From the NCBI RefSeq assembly GCF_041956535.1, contig NW_027192210.1, positions 80,984-137,209 of the forward strand: 56,226 nt of DNA. Reading direction: 5' to 3'. This stretch comes from Calcarisporiella thermophila CBS 279.70. Taxonomy: Eukaryota; Fungi; Calcarisporiellomycota. Shown here piece after piece: positions 1 through 10,942 of the stretch. The position numbers and the translations under genes were made by a program. A model generated the notes under the pieces. The model was not told the DNA's origin. It did no database searches and saw only the letters and a program-made list of their open reading frames with translations. The stretch's first letter is position 1. Every line of letters starts with the position of its first letter.

Positions 1-282
1 CGTGATGGGTCCAGTGTAGGGTCTGGTGGTGCAAGCTCCAGGGGGGTTAGAGCAACTCCTGGTCAAAGTGGTGGTGGATGGAGGGTAAGGACACTTCACC
101 ACTGCCGTTGGTGCACCACAAGTGGTCGCAGCGTAAGGGATGGGGCTAGTTGAGCATCCTCCAGGGGGGTTTGAGCAGCTCCTAGTCAAGGTGGTGGTGG
201 AAGGAGGGGAGCGACATTTCACCACTGCCGTTGGTGCCCCGCAAGTAGGTGCTGCATAAGGAATCCGGCTGGTCGTGCATCT
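1..282. repeat. 123-bp coding tandem repeat (more than 2 copies visible)
   Basis: ccaggggggtt recurs at ~38 and ~161, and accactgccgttggtgc at ~98 and ~221 (123-bp period). Confidence 0.9.
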
Positions 283-576
283 GCCATAAATAGGGTGAAT
301 CTTCTTCCTCCTGCCCTGATTCAGGCTTGCGCTCCCGACACCAGTATTGGCCGAATTACTGACGTCTTCCTATTAAATTATTCAACGTAATAAGATTAAA
401 CCGTTTATAGTAAACGGGGATTCTAAAAAGTGCATTTATACCTCTCCAATTTGCTGATCTTCTGCTACATTGTTGTTGCCTTCAATTGCAATTGCGCGCT
501 TGTCAACATTCTCCTCGGCAAGCACGTTGGCCACCAAAAGGAAAGGAAGCGCTATAAGACAAGCTGAAAACCTCAT
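1..576 (-). CDS. Secreted pre-pro-protein with tandem 41-aa Cys/Thr/Pro-rich repeats (3' end lies outside the window)
   Basis: Manual translation: exon 576-442 MRFSACLIALPFLLVANVLAEENVDKRAIAIEGNNNVAEDQQIGE, GT-AG intron 441-370, then exon 369-1 EDVSNSANTGVGSASLNQGRRKKIHPIYGRCTTSRIPYAAPTCGAPTAVVKCRSPPSTTTLTRSCSNPPGGCSTSPIPYAATTCGAPTAVVKCPYPPSTTTLTRSCSNPPGACTTRPYTGPIT. Hydrophobic signal peptide; frame open to the window edge. Confidence 0.85.
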
Positions 577-660
577 TATTAAATTTTAATGAATGAGCTT
601 AAAAGAGCGTGTTAATAATGAACGTGGTTAGTTTGGAGAAATGTCAAAATAACCCTCCTA

Positions 661-667
661 TTTTATA
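661..667 (-). promoter_or_regulatory. TATA box of the Cys-repeat gene
   Basis: TATAAAA on the minus strand ~85 nt upstream of ATG 576. Confidence 0.55.
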
Positions 668-2832
668 GGCAATCGAAAAGGTGCTTTGGAGTGGGCAAAT
701 TGAGGCAAAACAAGAGATTAGTGGTTTTGATGGACTTTACACGTTAGTTTGGCAAATTAAGACAAAGACCTTGGTTTTATTGAATGTGAAATGGGGCGTA
801 GGGACTGTTGCGTGAGAAAAACGAGCTTAATACCTGAAATTCTTCGGAATAACCACGAAACTTCAAGTAAAATAGGAAAGTTTTCAGGAGCTCTAATATT
901 CGCATTCATTTACTGGAATGAGTCGAAGATGAACCTCTTACCAAAAGAGAAACATAAAAATCGAAACTTTTGGAGTTTTATTCACTAGATAGGGTGATGG
1001 AAGAAGAAAAGTTACAATCTAGCATACCTATTGAAAAGATTAGTAACATGGCCTGACTTTAGACGGTGATGATTATCGTATCGGGAAGTTTTAATACGTA
1101 CTATCTAATATTATTAACACATATGACTACTATCCCTCCAATAATAAACTTTATAAAGATCGAATCGATTCCTGGGCTTTGTTTAAATTTTGATTTAGCA
1201 TGTCTCAGGCATTAGTTTAGATAAAAAGACTGGATGATAAATAAAGTATTGTGAGAATAATATGACTGAATCGAACTAGCAGTTCCTCCTCGAAACTTAA
1301 ACACCTCCTATATTCAACAATGTGATACCCATATTGGCGTTAGCAACAATTCTCGGCACATAAAACCTTCTGAAATATGAATTTACCACGAAAATTGGAC
1401 TGTGCGTTTCCCAAGCAGCTTAGCCCAGATGAGCTATGAGAAACAAAAAATAAAAATAAAATCTGATGAGGCTGCCGTAAAAGAACAGGACAAATCTTAT
1501 AAAACGAATTGTTCTATTTTTGATTTTTTATATTTTCAACTTGAATGCTCCGCCCTTAGGGTTTGCCTTGGCAATTTGCCAAAGTCTTATTTTGATTCTT
1601 ATTGGACATATTGCATTTCGGATTTTAAAATTTAGCCATTTAAACATTCGCCCATATAAGAGAATGTATAGGGATAAAATGCGTGAGATAGCCTATACTT
1701 GGAAAGTAACAAACAAATCAAAAGAATTGCTATGTATAACTGAATCTTCTTATTGGAACTTGCTCCTTTCACAATATACATGAAGTTTTACATATATGAT
1801 ATATCAATTATAAATTTGGTATGAACACATTATAGATTTTAAATGTCATTAAAAGCTCGATTTCAACAGAGTAAAGCTTGGTAAAGTTGGAAATCTCGAT
1901 TTTTGGCACAATGGATTATGGTTATCTATTAGAGATATTGTTGTGGTTGAGAAGAAAATATATTGTATTCAACAATATCTCAATACAACATGCAATGTTG
2001 ACTCCTTAGCTCTGGAGCACATACAATATTTGAGAGGATTTTTTCAAAAATATGTCTCATAGAATTGAATTGAATTTGACAAGAAGGAGCTAAAGCACCT
2101 TTCATATAATTACATCAAGATAAACAGATTACGAGATTCACTTAGGTATGTAATCTTTGTATAAGAATATCTGATACAAAATTCAAATCTTTTGACGATT
2201 CAAGTGTGCCCTGCTAATAACTTGTAGAATTTGTTGAGACATTTATTTCTATTATAAATTATAAAAGTTTAAGACCACTTTCACGATTAAAAAGATATAT
2301 GTTTATTCAGCAGAAACACATGGAACAGAATTCTCCTTGACCTCGAATCATAAATTCCCTTGAAAACATAAAATTAGCAACATTTAGATGGCTCCATTAT
2401 TGTGCGCAAACATATTTGTAGATTTTCCCCGATTAAAACGCTTCAAAGGGTTCTTAGTGATATCTCACCGGGCATCTGGTTCATTTAACCTTTACAGTTG
2501 GAATAAGCAGCTCGAGTGAAATTCTAGCAATGAAAATACGAGTTTGTTGCGGAATCAGAGACATTTCAAATGGTTTTATTGGTCCCACAAAATGCCGATA
2601 AATGAACCCTGATTAGCATAGCAGCGCGGTCTCGGAAATCACAAAGATTGAAATATTGATATTATTACGCGGCAAAAACCTGAATATCACAAGGATTCAG
2701 GGTATGAAGAGTATACTTATTACTATTTTTATGGAGTCAGCTTTTCAAAGTTGAATTTGCCGTGCGTAAATGCTTGTTCTAATACATTGTCAAAGCGATG
2801 TACGTCGGATTTGCCAAAGGACGAAAAATGCC

Positions 2833-2840
2833 TATAAAAA
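2833..2840 (+). promoter_or_regulatory. TATA box of the subtilisin gene
   Basis: TATAAAAA ~70 nt upstream of ATG 2907. Confidence 0.55.
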
Positions 2841-2906
2841 TGCACGCATTCAATGACAAAAGTGCTACAAGTAACTTCAATTGATAATAAGTATTTGATA
2901 TTCAAC

Positions 2907-4360
2907 ATGCGTGCTATTCTACTTCTCTCACTTGTCCTTGCCACACCTGGGTTGGTACTTGGACAAGAGCGGATCGAAATGCCCATTAGTGCCGAGGAGA
3001 TGACCGGGAAAAGTGCTGCTGATAATTACATTGTGATTTTGAAAGAGGGTATCACTAGTGCGGCAGGCCTTCCGATCTCCGACAAATCTAAGACTAAGTC
3101 GTTTCGTATTGGAAACTTCCATGCTCTTGCCGGGAAGTTCGACGCTGAATCCTTGAGCGCATTGAAATCGAATACTATGGTGCAATATATAGAAAAAGAT
3201 AAGATAGTCAAGACATTGGCAACTGTAACTAGAGCAATCTCTAGCACGAACGCAACTGACACGAATGACCTGCAAGAGAATATGTCCGCAAAAGATATTC
3301 AACGCGGAGCTCCTTGGGGATTGGCACGTATCTCCCAGAGGCAAAAGTTGCCGCGATTTAGCCTATTTGGACGTAGATACGATTATGATCCAAACGGTGG
3401 GGAAGGTATCAAAGTTTATGTGATGGACACAGGGATTAATATCAATCATGAGGACTTTGAGGGCCGTGCGGTAAACTCTGAGCTATTGTGCCAATTTTCT
3501 GGCAGCAACTCACAAAATTTCAATTTTTATTATAGAGTCATGGCGCAACAGTATTTGAAGATACTGCAGATACCCATGGCCATGGCACACACGTTGCAGG
3601 CACTGTGGCTGGAAAGCGATTTGGCGTTTCCAAGCGAGCCAACGTGGTGAATGTGAAAGTTTTGGGGGGAGATGGGGAGGGATCAACCATGGGATTTATA
3701 GCTGGATTGGAATGGATTGCTCGAAATGCGGTAAGTTTAGTTTTAAAATGCTTCGTACGGGACCTTATCATATAATATGAATTCCATATCCTTCTTTGTA
3801 ATAGGATAAAACAAAAAGTGTCATCAATATGTCTCTAGGTTTCAATGAAAGGTCCCTTGCAGTTGACATGGCAGTAGGCGAAGTATGTCTCTACATTGCT
3901 CCTAATTCATCAAACTGTATTAAGAGAAATGTGTAAATAGGCAATTAAAAATGGGCTAATTGTTGTCGCTGCTGCTGGAAATGAGAAACGCGATGCGTGT
4001 CTTTCCTCGCCTGCTAAAGTAACAGACGTTATTTCCGTGGCTGCCTCAAACATTGATGACAACCGCTGGGACGATCCAAGAGCTGGGTCAAACTTTGGAC
4101 CAGCCTGCGTCACACTGTGGGCCCCGGGCGAAGACATAGAGTCTGCCGATTTCCGATCTAACACGGGATCCACCACCAAGTCAGGAACCTCAATGGCCGC
4201 ACCTCACGTTGCCGGTGCTGTAGCGAATCTGCTATCCCGTGAAGGTGCATCTTCTCCCCAGGAGATGGCAGAAAAACTTACCCAAAGGGCGACACGAAAC
4301 GCGATTAGTAATACTAGAGGAGCGCCTAACCTACTCCTCTTCGAAAAGAATACCGACTAA
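2907..4360 (+). CDS. Secreted subtilisin-like serine protease (S8A, proteinase K-like) with I9 propeptide
   Basis: Exons 2907-3470, 3536-3730, 3805-3882, 3941-4360 (~418 aa). Signal peptide MRAILLLSLVLA; I9 motifs (YIVILK, VQYIEKD); PWGLARIS; catalytic MDTG, HGTHVAG, AAGN, SGTSMAAPHVAG. Confidence 0.96.
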
Positions 4361-5066
4361 ACATTTGAGCAACTTAGGAGGGTATCAATGCCAGCTCATT
4401 AATTTATCTATTCAAGTCTGCTGTACAACTAAATTATGGCTGGCCTAAATTTAATATGTTTCTAATATGTCTAATAAGGAGAATGGTGTCAGTAATGACT
4501 AGTAGGATTAATTTGCGTAGTACTTATATTAATTAATCTTAGGGTAATGACTCTAGTATTAGTTTCTAACTACGATTAATGTTCTTTGGTATAAATTATT
4601 GTATAAACACTTTTTAATGAACAAATATCTCAAAATTCACCTTGGACTATTGCAAGTTTAATGTTGAAATTTAAGTAGCCCCTAGCCTCCCGCCCACAGT
4701 ATCATTTTTTGGATGAAACTAAACTAGCCTTATTTTATCAAAATACAAACTACACGTTCACCATCAATTTAGATATTTATCCTTAACGGATTAAACTCGA
4801 ACAAACTTCAGCATTTCTATCATACGACAAAACTATTGTCCAATTGCAAACGCTTTTCAGCTATTCCATTAAAGCGTTTTCAATAGCCGTATAAATATCC
4901 ATACAACTTTTTTCTTCGGATTCCATATTTATTTAACAAATGAATTTGAACCTTTATCTTAGAATAGTATTGATCATTTGAAAGATATAAATATAAATAT
5001 AGATATAGTATAAAGCTTTATAAGTTGGTTTCATTTAGACCATGTAGACAGCACCCAAAAGGTTGG

Positions 5067-5243
5067 CTAGCAGCAGTAGCAGGCGCCTGGGTAATAACAG
5101 CAGAGATGATCACAATTCCCTTCTGCCCTAAGGGTCGCTTCGTCCTTAAGCGTGGAAGGGTCGACGCCTTTGGGCAAGGAAGGACTAGCGGAGGCAAGAG
5201 CACTGAAAGCCACGAAGGCAACGGCGAAAAAGTAGAGCTTCAT
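5067..5243 (-). CDS. 58-aa secreted disulfide-rich pre-pro-peptide
   Basis: Intronless ORF MKLYFFAVAFVAFSALASASPSLPKGVDPSTLKDEATLRAEGNCDHLCCYYPGACYCC*. Signal peptide, Cys-free pro-region, 6 Cys in the last 15 aa. GC-richer than its flanks, with a TATA box upstream. Below the ORF-track cut-off. Confidence 0.85.
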   Translation of the reverse strand: MKLYFFAVAFVAFSALASASPSLPKGVDPSTLKDEATLRAEGNCDHLCCYYPGACYCC

Positions 5244-5332
5244 TGGTGATTATGGGAGTGGAAGACCTGAGCTGAATCGAGTAGTAGAGATGCGCTTCAC
5301 TGTAGGAATGAGAAAGGGTTAGAAAGAGGCAG

Positions 5333-5340
5333 CTTTTATA
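5333..5340 (-). promoter_or_regulatory. TATA box of the Cys-rich peptide gene
   Basis: TATAAAAG on the minus strand ~90 nt upstream of ATG 5243. Confidence 0.6.
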
Positions 5341-6140
5341 CGTTTTTTCCTCCGGGTCACACCCCGCAAAGCCTCCTCTAGACCATATGCAAAGTGGAGG
5401 TAAAAATACTTCCTTCGGATCTAAGCGAGCGCCCAAATACCGGAGGTTAGACTCTTGTATATCCGTTGGCCCGATCAGGAACATGAAGTAGTAGTAGTGC
5501 AATAGTTTGAATTGAGAATAAGATACAGATATAAGCGCTCTAGAGGGCTCCAATTGGGGTCACGGGTCTGGGTATAACTCAACCATCCATTTATGGACAA
5601 TCATCTTGGTTATGGAAAGCTGCTTTCGGAAATCTTACTCGGCCTCCATCCATATCCCCCCTCGGATTTAGCCTTGTTCTTCTCTCCAGCATAGAATAGC
5701 CCTACGTGCTCGGTGCCTATTTACTATATCGGTAAATTGCATATCTGCTAGGAGGCGGAGAAGCTAAGCAGGAGAGGAATAAAGGGGCAAAGGGAATCAG
5801 TATCCTTTGTTAATTGTCATATCATCAACATAATATGTGAAAAATAAGCCCGCAGATTTATTGTATTATCGTCGAGAAACTGGGATTCCTAATAAGGAGC
5901 AAGTTTAGATACACTTTCATGGCTTTTTTTTTTAAGTGCTCGTCTAGCAATTTTGCTTGAGGTAAAGAGGGAAAAAATATAATAAAATATATTTTCTAGT
6001 TTCTTCAGCTCCAGAGAGAGGAAGGCACACACCTCCTAACCAATGATAAGAAGAGAAGTCGAATAATGGGTTGAAAACAGAATCCAGAATATATAAAACA
6101 CAAAGCAAGCAAAAATGAAAACACGGAGTAATGCTTGAAG

Positions 6141-7795
6141 TTACGTTGAGGTCACAATGCCCAGTTTATCTAATGCTCGCACCCCTTGCTCTTCCCACTC
6201 CTGCTTTGTAATCCAGAAGCTTTCCTTGTCTTTCATGATGTCCGCCAGAATGGCACCACCCAGGAATACCATGTGTTTGCGGCGCGGAGGATCCTCTACA
6301 CGGATCTTCATTTTCTATATTCCCGATGAAAGTCAATATTAATAAGTACACCACTCGTATAGTCAAGTGCATATTAATAAGGGGGGAGGAGTGGCTTACA
6401 TTCAAACGCTCCACATCCATATCTACCACACGTGTCAAATAAAGTTGCTTGAGCTCTTTCTCAAGACGCGAAGGCAAACCCGGGTACATTGAAGATCCAC
6501 CAGAGAGCACGATGTGTTTGTAGAGCTCAGGGCGTACATCAATATCTGCAGCCTGGATTGTGTTGAAAAGAAGTTCTAATAAAAAACAAGCGTGGTTAGA
6601 AAAAAAAAAGCACAAGGCAGCCATTAGTCGAAAAAGGGTTCCAATTACCTGCCACACCGACTGATTCCACATCCACAAGCTCCGGCTGGAAAAGACATTC
6701 AGGGGCCTCAAACCGCTCTTGGCCTACCTTGATAACTCGACCGTCCGGCAGCTGTAGATTGAAAAAGTTAGGTTGATCTCCAATATTCAGAAGGAAGAAT
6801 AAAAAGGCTAAGTATATACTGTATAGCTCTCTACGAGGACGGTCGTTTCGTTTGCGAGCTTGAGATCCAAGTCAATATCATAGCTAAAGTACATAGTAGA
6901 AAGAACATCAGCCGCATATTCCAGCTAGGACCTAGATGGTTAAGCACATGTGTGTCATTCATAAAACCATTACCTGACATAACATAGTTTCTCTTTGATT
7001 TGCCGCACCGTTTCGAAATCGGCCGTGCGGTTAAAAGCGTACCCTCGCAAAAGGAGCAATTTGATGAGATAGCGGGTAACATCGCGGCCTGCCACGTCCA
7101 ACCGCTTCGTGAGGTGAGGCAGGGAGTACCCATCATACACGGGGACAATATGCGTTACCCCATCGCCCGAATCGACGACCACACCCGTCAAAAGACCTAT
7201 AAGAATGGCAATTTCAGTCGTTATGAATAGAAAAAAGGCGCTATAGGATATTACCTTGAGCATAAAGGGTCAGCACGGCTTGGATAGCCACATATACTCC
7301 CTGGAAGCCATACTCTTCGAACATGGTAGCCACCATTTTTTCCCGATTGGCCTTGGGGTTCATTGGAGGCTCTGTCAGAAGAATTTTACTATCCCGTGGA
7401 TCCACACCCAATTTCTCATCAAAAGTATGCCGCCATATATGCCGGATGTCCTCCCAGTTTCGGATGATGCCATTCTCGAGAGGATATGACATTTGGAGCA
7501 TGGAACGGAGCTCAGCAGCCTCTTCGCCTACCATAATATCTCTAATGGCCACATTCCCGATCGACTCTTCCGCACGAAGAATAGGCCGTCCTACAGCCGA
7601 GGGGAATACATGCTCGGGAAAGTTGGAACCGGCGTAGCCACATTTAACGAACTAGATTAAAAATTATTAAAATGCAGAATGAAAGGAGTTAATGAAAGCG
7701 CTAGCATTGGATGAAGGAGCTGCAGACGGAAAGATGGCGGGGAGGATATTTACCCCTGTCCCGTTATCTACAACGATCGTCTTGCTCGCGTTCAT
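6141..7795 (-). CDS. ARP2: Actin-related protein 2 (Arp2/3 complex)
   Basis: Multi-exon. [100 protein letters not shown]. Confidence 0.97.
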
Positions 7796-7953
7796 GTTGA
7801 TCAAAATGTTGAGTTGATGAACAACGCGTTCGATGACTTATTTCTTGGACTCTTGAGGGGTGAAATCATTTTAATCTCCCCCCCTACGTCACCCAATTCC
7901 TTCCCTATTCCTGGAGTCCAATTCAACTTCCTCGACCAACGCTGCCAGCTGAA

Positions 7954-9224
7954 ATGCTCTATCAACACGTGTTAATATACCTCCCACTCACTACGCTCGA
8001 TCTCTCCTCGGCCCACCACCATACCATTCACCACTCCGTTTCTGCTGCTCAAAATCTCACTATTCTCCTGCGTCTTCCATCTTTACCTCAGCCTCCAGCA
8101 CGCGAATGGCATCAGCTACAATCCTTATTGTGCACCATTTACGTTACCGCTTCCAAGACTGCCAACGCATGTGGTCGGCCATTAACCAATGTGGACGTTA
8201 TCTTTGAAGAATGGTGTGGTTATGATGTGGCAACCCAGTGCGAGAATTTGGACACGTTTATTGGGTTTGAACAAGGTATGGATCCTCGTGGTATACCTAT
8301 ATGCCTAGAATTGATTTGATACGCCCCCCATGGCCGTAGAATGGGTTGGATGATAAGTTGGACTTTTTCTCATATTTCTTTCTTCCACTCAGATAAAGCA
8401 AAGCTCGATTCTATCAATGACCGACGTGCTCTCTCCTCGCTACCCCCGCTCTCCTTTCACGTACTTCCTAGCTTCCCGCTGGAGGAACCTCGCCCCCAAA
8501 GCCAGGAGAGTGGCGAAATCGCCCAAGATGCGTTGGATATGAAGCACTATCGAGTAGCGGCGGTTGGTGGAACTTTCGATCACCTCCACCCGGGGCACAA
8601 GATCCTGCTGACCATGACGGCATGGCTAGCAGAAGAGAGACTTGTATGTGGGATAACAGGTGAGCCCATCGCCCCGGTTGCGTGTCGTGGCTTTGTTATT
8701 GAATAGCCTATAACGATCTTGACCTTCGATTCGCCCCCTCCCTACTGCTCTAGCCGATTCTATCCTATCCTCCAAGAAATATCGTGATTTCCTGGAACCG
8801 CTTGCAACTCGCATGGAAAGGACTCACAATTTTCTCACCAAAATAAAACGCGACCTCCGATATGACATCACCCCTATTTACGACGTGTATGGTCCCACTA
8901 GCACGGATGCTGAGATTGAGGTCCTAGTGGTATCGAAGGAAACCGAGGCTGGAGGATTGGAGGGTAAGTGACATTTCCCCCTTCGCTTCGCCCTTGCATT
9001 CAATCGCCCCTTTCTAATGGGATTATTCCGTTGTTTCGGCCTCATCAGTGAATAAAGAGCGAGCAAGACGTGGTCTACCCCAGCTCGATATCCAGATCAT
9101 TGACGTCGTTTCTCCACAACACCCAGCGCTCGCTGGAGAAGATATCAAGCAACTAAAAATTAGTTCCACCGCCATTAGAGAGTTATTATATCAGCAACAG
9201 AATCAACAACCACAACGGCAATAG
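7954..9224 (+). CDS. CAB4: Phosphopantetheine adenylyltransferase (cytidylyltransferase family, Cab4-like)
   Basis: AVGGTFDHLHPGHKILLT, DVYGPT, LVVSKETEAGG, KISSTAIR; 4 exons. Confidence 0.88.
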
Positions 9225-9418
9225 CACCAGCACTCATGCTTGTGGAAATGTGGTTTATTGGCATGTAATAAAATTAATTTAATATGTATTAAGGAAAGAA
9301 AAACGACAGTAGGATAAAAGAGAAGGGATGAAAAAAAAGCCAAAGACAAAATAGCAAAGCATTCCAAAAAAAAAAAAAAAATTTACAAAAAATTATATTT
9401 AAATTAAATTATTCGACG

Positions 9419-10942
9419 TCAAGTTGCATGAGATGAGATGGTCCGCCGTCTCATTAAAGATGTATCAGGGAGAGAAATGGCAAGCGGCACGTCATCATCA
9501 TCGACATTGTTTTCAGGCCGTGGGTTAAGGATAGGAATGGGGGCGGAGGCGTGTGCTCGGGTCCGGGTGGCGGCGGCTAGAGGCACATCGTCCTCCTCTT
9601 CGTTCTCGCCTTTCGATTGCTTCGCCACTGCCTCGGTGGCCTCCTTCGCTTCATTCCCCTCAGCCACGTTGTCCGAGGCAAGGTTCCGATGGGCAGGGTT
9701 AGCGTCGTCAGGACTTCTTGATAAAATATAATCTCGATATCGCTGGGCGGGGGTTTTGATTTTGATGGAACCATTACGCTGAAGTAGACTCGCATTTGGA
9801 TGAAGGTCCCCGGCCATGAGCGACGATGCCAGAGGCTTCTCATCGTCGTCCTCGTCCTCCTGGCCGCGCAAGCCCTTGTCGTCGCCATGCTCCTTGGCAG
9901 CCTCTGGTTTCTTTGCAAGATCCGCCCCTTCTTTATGCACTGGCGGATGCCAAACCAGATTTCCGCCTATCAGGAGGCAAGAGCGTCGTGACGGCGTGTC
10001 CGCCAACTTTGCTATTGGTATATTGTCTTCGATTTCTTGGTCGATCTGCTTGCTCGCGCTCATCAGCCCCGAGATCATCATCCCAAGCGGAATATTATCC
10101 CCCACTGCCAGCGGTACATTGTCGTCGTCATCCTCGTTGGAGAGGGTCTTGGATCTGTCCTCCGTCAGCCTCTCTTCGTGCTCGCTTGCCTGTTGACGAG
10201 CCAGGACTGCATAGTCCAACGACTGCCGTGCCGCCCTGCCTCTCCCGACACTGCCGCGAGGAGAAGTATCCAGATCGTGTCTTGACCGCATCGATTCGCC
10301 CGGAACTCGCAGAGACACAGAGCGTTCCATTCTCTTATCTGGTTTCAATCCTGAGGAATGGTCAGCGTGGTCAGAGTGATGGTGCTTAGACCGGAGATGA
10401 GATGGAGTCGAAGGCGGCGATGAAGGCGATAAACGGACGGCCGTGGTGGAGGGAAATGTGCGGCTGGTGATAGGCGATACAGGCGGGGGCTGAGATTCTG
10501 GATGGGATCCAAGGGATTCACGGGTGGCGCGTGATCGTCTGGAGGCCTTGCTAACCTTGCGCTCTAGTAGATCCTGGCTGGATGTGGGTGTGGCTACGGT
10601 TGGTGGAGACTCGCTTAGATCTATGTGCGGAGTGACCGGATATTTCCTGCTTTTGTTATGAGAGGCGGGCTGCGATTCCGACTCCACGGGCGGTGTTGAT
10701 TTAGGCTGCTTCGCGCTTTTAGCGGGGGCTGTGGATGAAATTAAGGGTTTAGTGGGTGTGTTGGCCGATGATTCATGACCATCGGTAGGCGCCGATCTTG
10801 TTAGCGATGGGTCGCTGGAATCTCTGTCCGCCCGCGATGTTCGCTTCTTTCTTTTCTCAGCGCTCTTCTCATCGTCATTGCTGTGATGTTTAGGGCGGAG
10901 GAAGGGTACCTTTGAGGGCACCAAACGGCGCAATGTGATCAT
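9419..10942 (-). CDS. Intrinsically disordered Ser/Pro/Arg-rich protein with repeated acidic DDxPLA motifs
   Basis: Single long ORF; first ATG at 10942 (~507 aa); low complexity, no globular domain recognised. Confidence 0.75.
   Translation of the reverse strand: MITLRRLVPSKVPFLRPKHHSNDDEKSAEKRKKRTSRADRDSSDPSLTRSAPTDGHESSANTPTKPLISSTAPAKSAKQPKSTPPVESESQPASHNKSRKYPVTPHIDLSESPPTVATPTSSQDLLERKVSKASRRSRATRESLGSHPESQPPPVSPITSRTFPSTTAVRLSPSSPPSTPSHLRSKHHHSDHADHSSGLKPDKRMERSVSLRVPGESMRSRHDLDTSPRGSVGRGRAARQSLDYAVLARQQASEHEERLTEDRSKTLSNEDDDDNVPLAVGDNIPLGMMISGLMSASKQIDQEIEDNIPIAKLADTPSRRSCLLIGGNLVWHPPVHKEGADLAKKPEAAKEHGDDKGLRGQEDEDDDEKPLASSLMAGDLHPNASLLQRNGSIKIKTPAQRYRDYILSRSPDDANPAHRNLASDNVAEGNEAKEATEAVAKQSKGENEEEDDVPLAAATRTRAHASAPIPILNPRPENNVDDDDVPLAISLPDTSLMRRRTISSHAT

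Noticed and set aside
1-282. CRISPR-like array
   Set aside because: Repeats are contiguous 123-bp coding units without spacers, in a eukaryotic gene.
1045-1057. 13-mer TAACATGGCCTGA shared with ~20526
   Set aside because: One short match with unrelated flanks; compatible with chance.
791-1783. Short ORFs in the AT-rich gap
   Set aside because: No signal peptide, domain or splice support; typical of chance ORFs.
5185-5553. 122-aa minus-strand ORF and other overlapping ORFs near 5.0-5.5 kb
   Set aside because: They overlap the promoter and coding region of the better-supported 58-aa peptide in other frames and have no recognisable features.
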